This document shows positions 56,219 to 64,000 of a stretch of 64,000 nucleotides of DNA, piece by piece (the stretch's first letter is position 1; every line of letters begins with the position of its first letter). Where the stretch lies: contig CM035358.1 of the NCBI GenBank assembly GCA_020137815.1, forward strand, positions 4,154,001-4,218,000, written 5' to 3'. The notes under the pieces are model-generated. The model was not told where the DNA came from. It worked only from the letters and a program-made list of their open reading frames with translations, and searched no databases. The DNA comes from Hormiphora californensis. Taxonomy: Eukaryota; Animalia; Ctenophora. The position numbers and the translations under genes were made by a program.

Positions 56219-59200
56219 CCTCTAACTATCTCTCTCCCATTAGACAACCTGCGAAGTTTGCCCCGCTGGAAGCATCTCGGCTGTTGAGGGATCTGCCTCC
56301 TGTACCGACTGTAAGGGAGGAAGTATCGCCGTTGATGAGGGTAGGTGTTTCATAAATTGTCTTTAAAAAATTAGTTTGAATACTATAACTATTATATATG
56401 GGAAATAAAAACTATTGGAAACAAAATCAATTTGAAAATATCTAACTTTGACCGTCTCTACCCCTTGTTGTTATAGGTTTGAGTGTCTGTACCGACTGTA
56501 CCCCTGGATACTACTCAGTTGACCGAGTTGAGTGTGTCCCCTGTTCCCCCGGATCTTATAACAACATCACCGGAGCTGAGTCATGTGATCTCTGTGATGT
56601 TGGGTTAGTTCTCTCCACATAGTGAATGCAACAATCTTACTTTTGTTCTCTTTTGTAATTTGTAACAATCTTACTTTCTCCCTCTACCATTTGTAACAAT
56701 CTTACTTTCTCCCTCTACCATTTGTAACAATCTTACTTTCTCCCTCTACCATTTGTAACAATCTTACTTTCTCCCTCTACCATTTGTAACAATCTTACAA
56801 TAAGCATACATTTATCCCCCCTCCACTTCAGATTCGATGCCCCCAACAACGCTAGTTTGGTGTGTGATATCTGTGAACCGGGTAGTTTTGCTAACCATAC
56901 CGGTACCCCCGAGTGTGTGCTGTGTAGTCCTGGTTTCGTGACCGATGAGGAGGGAGCCAGCTACTGTGAGGCTTGCCCCATGGGTTACGAACAGGTATTT
57001 AGTTGTTTCTTTCTTTCTTTCTTTGTTTCGTTGTTTCTTTCTTTGTTTGTTTCTTTGTTTGTTTCTTTGTTTCTTTCTTTGTTTCTTTCGTTGTTTGTTT
57101 GTTTGTTTGATCCTAAAACCCCAATCCAAACTAAACCCCCACCCAACCCCAACCCCTAATCCTAACCCCCCACTCACATCTCCCTCCTCAGCCTAAGAAG
57201 GGATCAACTGACTGTCTGGTGTGCCCCGCTGGAACCTACACCGATGCCATGGGTAGTGACACTTGCATGGAGTGCCCCCAGGGTACCTTCCAGGACGAAA
57301 CAGGTAATAAATAGTTAATTTTCTAGGATTCCACGGGGAGAATTCAAATTTAAATTGAGTAAAGAGAGCTAGAAATCGGTTCTATTAGATTCACTGAATT
57401 GCTAAGGTGTAAGGATTTGATTCATATAACTAGGAATTTTAACGCTGATAGTTGGGTTCAAGACCACGTGTACTGCTAATTGATTTCCACCTAACTTCAC
57501 AGGAAGCAACACTTGCAAGGCATGTCCCGATGGAAAGACCACCAAGGACCAAGGAACCAAGAGCCTTGACTCTTGCTACTGTAAGTACAGTCTCTTTCTC
57601 CCTTGTCTTTACTGCAATGTTGTGCACGCGGCGCCTTTTGCAGTCGCACTGGGCAGAGGACAGTTGCAGTCTTTTATATGAGACAGATTCTCCCCAATTC
57701 TCTCTAATATCTCTATCAATCAGGGGAGCAGTGCCCTATTGGATACCACCGTAACTCGGAGACTAACGACTGTGACGAGTGCCCCCATGGAACCTACACT
57801 GACACTGTCGAGTCTGCCACATGTACACCCTGTGCCCAGGTTAGTGTCCCCCCTCCTAGCTGAAAACACAATCAAGTATGCAGTTGATCTCTCCCCTAGC
57901 TTACAACTGGAGTCTGGATTACATCTTCTATTCCCTCTACCGCGGAACTGATAAATCCAGAACTTACTATTATTTTCTCTCCCACATAGGGTTACTTCAA
58001 CCCCATTCGACGACAGAGGAAGTGCCTACAGTGTCCCTCTAAGCACTGGACCAAGACTACTGGTGCCATCCAACAAACAGACTGTATTGGTGAGTTATAA
58101 TTAGTAATAATTAGTAATAATTAGTAGTAATTAGTAATGATTAGTAATTAGAGTAATTAAAAGAGGTGCTCACACGTTAAATCTCCCTTAGCAACCCATT
58201 TCCATCTCACAATGCACTCTCTAGCTTTCTACTTGGTACATCGAAAGTCCTCCTCTCTCCCTGACGGCTAACCCCAGCTCACTCTCAGGACCCATCCCCC
58301 TTTCTCTTCTTTCCCCTACCCTTAACCCCCTCTCAATTTCAGGACCCATCCTGGTGGCGTGTGATGAAGAGAACCTAACAGGAAACTGCCAGACATTCAC
58401 AGATGTCTCAAACAGGATCCCTATCCAAGTCAAATCTCTTGAGGTGAGCGCTTGGGTTGAAATTTGTTGTGCTCTAAGCCTCCTTTACATTTGTATATAA
58501 AGGAGGGTTAGAACATAACATATAGGATTTCTACTACAAACTGATTGCTTAGCAGCTCTTGAGGTGAGAGTTTGGGTTGTAATTTGATCGAGAAGTAAGT
58601 TACGAAGTCACCCCTATTACACTGTACAGGGGGGGTGACACGTAACACTTTGTAACACTTTGTAACATGTGCAGAAAACTTTTTGTGCACGTTACATGTT
58701 ACAAAGTGTTACAAAGTGTTACAAAGTGTTACAAAGTGTTACAAAGTGTTACAAAGTGTTACAAAATGTTACAAAGTGTTACAAAATGTTACAAAATGGG
58801 CATTTTTTGCAACATTTTGCAACATTTTGTAACACTTTGTAACACTTTGTAACACTTTGTAACGCTTGTAACACTTTGTAACATGTGCAGAAAATATTTT
58901 GTGCACGTTACATGTTACAAAGTGTTACAAAGTGTTACGTGTCACCCCCCCCCCTGTACATCTCGTGGGCAATTTCATTACCAAATCAAGGAGCAGTTTA
59001 GTATTTCTTTGACTGCCAAACAGTAAATTGTAAACAATAAACATTAAACATTTTAATTCACAATTCTAACCCAAATACAGGTGAAAGCAGGACAGTTCAA
59101 GCTTTACACTAGTATCAGTTTCCAAGGGAGCAGTGTCACACTAAAATATCCTTTCAAGTCGGACAAGATTTCTAGTACCGATCCCCTAAAGGTTGCTCCC

Positions 59201-60641
59201 CGATCTCTCGTTTCTGACAGTAAGTCACTTCAAAAATGCTACTTTTCCAATATTTAGTTGCCTGTAGCACGGGAATGATCCAAAAAAAGAAACAAAGTTG
59301 CCTGTAATTATTACAATACGATGAAACGATTCCTAATTCCACTCACCCCCCCCCCCCCACCCAATTTCCAACTATTTACTAATTAGTACTGCAGTCTTCA
59401 CTCCCCCCCCCCCCCATAAAATGCCAGCTTCCTGCTTCTCCACTCCCCCTCCCCCTATAACTACTCCCCCCTCCACAGTTGATGATTCATTCTGTTACGA
59501 GAACCGAGGCCAAGAATACGTACCCTCCCGATTCTACAACGTCACAGCCAGTGGTGCTGCCTGTAAAAACTGGAAAGAGACCAAGTTTGCCAAGTTCGGT
59601 GACCACAGCTACTGCGGTAACCCTGACGAGAAGACAAAGGTTGAGCCGTGGTGTTTCACTCACGATCCTGAGAAACCCTGGGAGTACTGCAGTGTGCCCA
59701 AGTGCGGTAAGTAGGGGGAACCCTGGGAGTACTGCAGTGTGCCCAAGTGCGGTAAGTAGGGGGAACCCTGGGAGTACTGTAGTGTGCCCAAGTGCGGTAA
59801 GTAGGGGGAACATGGCGTTTAGGTAATCTCCGGTTAGAGATTGGGGGGTTTTTTCCACCTCCAGGCTGGGGTATAACACAGGGTCGTAGTAAGGAGATAC
59901 ATAGGGATAGGGAGATACAGGGCGAGATGGAATTTCGGGAAATCTAAAATATATATTTCAAGATCCCTAGCTCCTTTTCATTTTTATTCATTTTTTTATT
60001 TATTATTCAGTATGGGACTTTGAGTGTTACACTGGAAATGGATACGAGTACAGGGGGACTATCGCACGAACAGAGAACGGGTACAATTGCCAGAACTGGC
60101 TGTCTGACTTCCCTCATCCTCATGTAAGTGTACTATACAGTAGTGTTAGAAGTAAGTAATCTGTACTTTCCCTCTCTATAGTTATCTGTAACAATCTTAC
60201 TTTCTCTCTCTTTAATAAAAGTAACTATCTCACTTTCTCTCTCTATAATACCTGTAACGATCTCTCTTTTCAGGGCTACCATCATGGTCCTGGCATTGGA
60301 GACCACAACTACGGGCGAAACCCCGCTAACAACGAGAAAGCACCCTGGTGCTTCACTACCAACCTTTTCAAACGATGGGACTACATTGCCCCTCCCAAAT
60401 GTGGTAAGTAGAGAGAGATGGGACTACATTGCCCCTCCCAAATGTGGTAAGTACTGTTGAGCCCCCTTCCCCTTCTCCAAGGATTTTGCTGTGTTATAGA
60501 GAACAATCAAGGCACTGAAGAGTTTAAAATAACGAACCCGAACCCAATTTAAACCAATTTTACCCAATTGCTTGTAGTGTTTTTAACCTAAAATCCCCAC
60601 GTATTCCAGATCGAAAGAAGCACCCCTTCTACCGAGCCTAA
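49875..60641 (+). CDS. Large secreted multidomain protein: signal peptide + dozens of CxxCxxG (GCC2/GCC3, ephrin-receptor-like) Cys-rich repeats + beta/gamma-crystallin-like domain + 2 kringles; ~31 exons
   Basis: Exon 1 49875-49913 [13 protein letters not shown]; exon 2 50178-50251; repeat exons 50.6-58.1 kb (e.g. 52977-53129, 53293-53445, 53541-53693, 53878-54030, 54211-54516, 54635-54787); crystallin-like ~58343-58443 + 59081-59219; kringle 1 ~59479-59706; kringle 2 60011-60123 + 60274-60403; last exon 60610-60641 ([10 protein letters not shown]); AATAAA at 60710. Confidence 0.88.
50030..50111. repeat. ~40-bp-stem hairpin in intron 1 of the Cys-rich gene
   Basis: GACCCCATAGCAGGGTTAGGTTGGGTGGAATCTGGTATGG-GG-CCATACCAGATTCTACCCAACCTAACCCTGCTATGGGGTC (one G-U pair). 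Confidence 0.9.
55645..55910. repeat. Intronic minisatellite (CTCAGTACCAATAGCTTTACTC(n)A), ~8 copies
   Basis: Direct periodicity with a variable poly-C run. Confidence 0.9.
56658..56800. repeat. 31-bp intronic minisatellite (TTTGTAACAATCTTACTTTCTCCCTCTACCA)n
   Basis: 4-5 copies; a degenerate relative occurs in another intron at ~60160-60270. Confidence 0.9.
58627..58956. mobile_element. Tc1/mariner-type MITE with internal 10-bp GTTACAAAGT repeats in alternating orientation
   Basis: TA|CAGGGGGGGGTGACACGTAACACTTTG...CAAAGTGTTACGTGTCACCCCCCCCCCTG|TA. Confidence 0.87.
59674..59811 (+). repeat. 45-bp triplication of the kringle-1 exon end plus donor
   Basis: AACCCTGGGAGTACTGCAGTGTGCCCAAGTGCG|GTAAGTAGGGGG x3. 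Confidence 0.93.
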
Positions 60642-61052
60642 AGAGAGAGAAGAGAACATGATTAAATACACGATCAAACGGAACAACACAACACGAAACT
60701 TGGACAGTGAATAAAGGATATCGGACATTACTAACTGAATGAAATATTATTAAACAAGACAAGTCACAAGTGGTTATTTTGTACATTATTTTAATTTATT
60801 ACAATTCTCTGGTTCATAATATAACGAGTTTTTAATTTTCTTCCAATCCCCTTTAAAGTCACACATCCCTAACTTTCCTTGATCAATTCAATTGAATCGC
60901 CTTCAAAGCCACAAAGTTCCCTAATAAATCATATCTTCCCTGTCTTTCAAAAGTCTGCCAATTTCCATCGATGATACTTTTGCCATACTGTGTGGCTGTA
61001 TCGGCCACAGTTAGTTCGGGCAGTATTTTTTGAGATACCATGATACATTTAA

Positions 61053-61502
61053 AGGTTGACAAGATACCTAAAACTTTTCGTATATCGTCTTATTTTGATT
61101 TATCATTAATTTTCAGCATTTTTTCAGAATTTTTTGTCGGCTAGAAATATGTGCAAAATAGGGGGTCTACTGACAAATGAGTGTGCCTTTTTTAAAATTG
61201 ATACTGGAATATCTCCGGTTCCTGATGAGATACAGAAACCGTTTTGGTAGCGTTGGAAAGGTCTTATTAAGGCCAATCCAACGCAACCAAGATCAAGTAG
61301 CTATCTTTTGAGGAACCGGAAACGTGAATTTCAATTTGCGAGACGCAGTGAGTGTGCCCAGTAAAACCAGTGCTGACAATATCGGTAGACCCCCTATTTC
61401 GAATTTTTTTCTAGCCGACAAAAAATTCTGAAAAAATGCTGAAAATTAATGATAAATCAAAATAAGACGATATAAGAAAAGTTTTAGGTATCTTGTCAAC
61501 CT
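61053..61502. mobile_element. Kolobok-like MITE (~100-bp TIRs)
   Basis: TTAA|AGGTTGACAAGATACCTAAAAC...GTTTTAGGTATCTTGTCAACCT|TTAA. Confidence 0.87.
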
Positions 61503-61899
61503 TTAAAATAGCGTACCTGGCTAGTGGGATGAAGGAATGGTGGTTCGGTATGTCTGAATTAGACAAGGGTCATACTGGCTTCATCATCAGTACATGCTTG
61601 CCTAGCTCTACCCCCTTTTTGCGAGCTCCGGAGGGTTAGCACATCACAAGTACAGGCATCATCGCTGCTCATCATTGCCTAGCTAGACCCTGTTTCGTGC
61701 GCCCCACCCGCGAAAATGTAAAGGGATGGTTAGAAGTTAGAACATAACAAGCTCATCCATTGGATCTCCGATCTTGGAAATCTAAACATTTGTTCACTTC
61801 ACCAATTGGCCAAGTCTGTCACTCAATGCCTCACCATATTTCACCTTATTTTGTACCCCTATAATTACTATTAATCACTTTTCGTCCCCTCTAGAAATT

Positions 61900-63180
61900 A
61901 TGTCCAAGAAAACCCTAATAACGAAAGTTATCAAGACAGGGCCCTCCTCATCCCTTCTCTTAACCCCCAAACAGAAAACTGGGGGAGTTTGGACAACCAA
62001 ACAACACCTTTGCAACGCCGGAGCCCTAGCTAAGAAATATCTTGAAACCCCCCGTGTCCACCCCCGGTTGGTGTATGACAAAACCCGTGATCTTCAAATC
62101 GTGAAACCATATAACATGACAATTAGCACGCGGTTATCATCAAAAACGGTCAAGTTAACTGCTAAACAGTGGCTAGAGTTAACATCACGTGACCCGATAC
62201 CACGGTGTCTGAGATCCCAACATCTAACATCGCTTATCGAGGGTGGGGTCATGAAGGTCGATGGCAAGATAATCCCTCCGGGTATGTTGCTAAAAGGCCG
62301 AGATCAAGTCACCCGAACCCACCACCGTCATGAGAGAGTTGTTCCGGTGGTAAGCGTGGATGGTATCATACCAGAACCAGTAATTCCAACATTATGGAGT
62401 GTGGATAAACCTGCTGGTCTACCTGCACTAATGGATCTGAGGACCCATTACTACAACTCCCTCCCCTTTATGTTACACTCCTTCAAACTCCTCCCAGCAG
62501 CAACACCAATTGTGGTCAACAACCTGGGGTTAGCGTCCGGAATTGTGTTGCTAGGCAGCAACCATAAGGTAGTGACACGGTTTAGAAGGGTGATTTTGAG
62601 TGGGGGAGTGCAGTTTGAGTACCTGGCACGGGTTCACGGTCACATGGAAAAGGGTGGGGATGATGTAGAGATATTGGAGCGAGGTGTGGGGAGTACTTTA
62701 GTGAGAGTTGTAACGAGGAATCTAAATATTGAACATGTTACACATTCCCTTTTCTCTCGGGGACACCCTGTACTCAACGACTGGGAAAACCTAAAAAACC
62801 ACCCAAGGGCGTACATCACTAAATCTCTGACGCTGGATTTTGCGGATCGGCCAATTGATGGTCTGTTTAGCGGAAAGAGAAAGAAGCTAGTTGACAGTAA
62901 AGTTGCCACCTGTTCGGTTATGGAAGACCCGCTTTCAAAAACGAAGGAACTATACGTTATTGAGCCACAACATCTCAAACTAACAGGAGAACTGAGCGAG
63001 TATTACAACAGTTATACTAAAACTGTCCGGGGATCACATGTTAAAAGTACAAACTGTGCAGAGTGTAATGTTATGAGATTACCACTACCAGTTCCACTTC
63101 TATCGCCCAATATTCACCTTCAGTCCGTAGTGGCGGATGGGATTTGTGTTATTAGCAGGGAGACGCCCTCCTGGGCTTAG
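61900..63180 (+). CDS. RluA-family (RPUSD2-like) pseudouridine synthase homologue, intronless, predicted catalytically inactive
   Basis: S4-like segment then HHRHE..VP, motif I VDKPAGLP, motif II region VVNNLGLASGIVLLG (canonical HRLDxxTSG), EYLARVHG, GHPVLND, CAEC, IHLQSV. Confidence 0.8.
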   Translation: MSKKTLITKVIKTGPSSSLLLTPKQKTGGVWTTKQHLCNAGALAKKYLETPRVHPRLVYDKTRDLQIVKPYNMTISTRLSSKTVKLTAKQWLELTSRDPIPRCLRSQHLTSLIEGGVMKVDGKIIPPGMLLKGRDQVTRTHHRHERVVPVVSVDGIIPEPVIPTLWSVDKPAGLPALMDLRTHYYNSLPFMLHSFKLLPAATPIVVNNLGLASGIVLLGSNHKVVTRFRRVILSGGVQFEYLARVHGHMEKGGDDVEILERGVGSTLVRVVTRNLNIEHVTHSLFSRGHPVLNDWENLKNHPRAYITKSLTLDFADRPIDGLFSGKRKKLVDSKVATCSVMEDPLSKTKELYVIEPQHLKLTGELSEYYNSYTKTVRGSHVKSTNCAECNVMRLPLPVPLLSPNIHLQSVVADGICVISRETPSWA

Positions 63181-63835
63181 ATTTGAGTGGAGTTTCTTTT
63201 TTTCAATATTAATGTGTTCTTTTTTTACTAAAAACTGTAAAATGATGCTTTTTGATTTTGAACCGTCTTCAATACATACCGATAAATGTTCGGTGACGCG
63301 CAGGGTCTCGGTTGTGTAAAAAGCAGTGTTTCAGCATCGGATAGGTGCGCAACACAAAATCAGGCTGAGTTTGAATGAGTGCTGACAAGCGCGAGAATCA
63401 AGAGAGGCACTAAAGCTGAAAAAGCGATCGAGTCTGAAACAACTGTGCTGGTCGAGACTATTCATTAGGTGATCGAAGATGCCGTTCACATTGTACGGTC
63501 AAGTTTGTCATTATTGGCAAAGTTGATGAGTAGTAAAAGTTCAAAACGCAGCAAGTTAACGATTGGTCAACAAAATAAAAACTAATAAACAAACATTAAA
63601 CACACGGCAAACAAATTGTCAATATATCTTTATACAGTCTTTCTTCACATGTCAGGGTGGCATACTTTAAACCAACTTTTATCAAATTCACAAATCTTCT
63701 TCGTCGAGGCAATCTCAAATTCATTTATCACTCATATCAAATGCGCCTGAAAAATAGTGAAATATTAGTTAATAGCTAAAGTAATAAGAAAACCAATGCC
63801 CAAGAGCTAGCATTTAAAAAGTCTTCTCCTCACCA

Positions 63836-63943
63836 TTATTTCAGAGCAGTATCAGCATGTTTATTAACTTTCGTCCATTTCGCTACCAGAGAATTCATCC
63901 CCTTGTGCTTTTTGCTGCTCAAACCGGAGGATTTCACTCGTTT
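63836..63943 (-). CDS. Terminal coding exon of a gene extending beyond the right edge (FNBP4-like C-terminus, tentative)
   Basis: TTTCAG| KRVKSSGLSSKKHKGMNSLVAKWTKVNKHADTALK*; the SLVxKW motif recalls formin-binding protein 4 C-termini; the other two frames hit stops earlier. Confidence 0.45.
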   Translation of the reverse strand, partial: KRVKSSGLSSKKHKGMNSLVAKWTKVNKHADTALK

Positions 63944-64000
63944 CTGAAAGAAAGTTTTGTGAGAAATGTGGATATTCCGCAGAAACAGGTAGACATTCCG

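Overview
Eukaryotic, intron-rich, repeat-dense genomic DNA. The gene complement (intronless Shaker-type Kv, LDLa-7TM receptor without LRRs) and the repeat content suggest a non-bilaterian animal, probably a ctenophore; this is inference. Genes reconstructed by hand: (i) a signal-peptide exon at 2770->2620 (-) whose 3' end is amplified into a 29-bp array of about 90 copies; (ii) a ~9-exon class A GPCR (12587-28601, +) with a tRNA-Gly(GCC) and three long palindromic transposons in its introns; (iii) a partly garbled C14orf93/DUF4616-like gene (-); (iv) a GRL101-like LDLa-GPCR (-) with one frameshift; (v) an intronless Shaker-superfamily K+ channel with a silent-subunit-type S6 gate (PMT); (vi) a ~31-exon secreted protein made of Cys-rich repeats, a beta/gamma-crystallin-like domain and 2 kringles; (vii) an RluA/RPUSD2-like pseudouridine synthase lacking the catalytic Asp; (viii) the terminal coding exon of a gene at the right edge. 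Mobile DNA includes a 5'-truncated LINE sitting in a (CT)n tract, a poly(A) retroposon, five 0.9-2.6 kb fold-back elements, and several MITE families with TA, TTAA, 3-, 5-, 8- and 9-bp TSDs. The most striking pattern is that exon/intron junctions of three unrelated genes have been duplicated into the adjacent intron (2 to ~90 copies), creating arrays of decoy splice sites. Several homopolymer-rich blocks (24.5-25.9, 26.75-27.05, 33.3-35.3, 36.4-36.9 kb) look like unpolished long-read sequence and are not interpretable.
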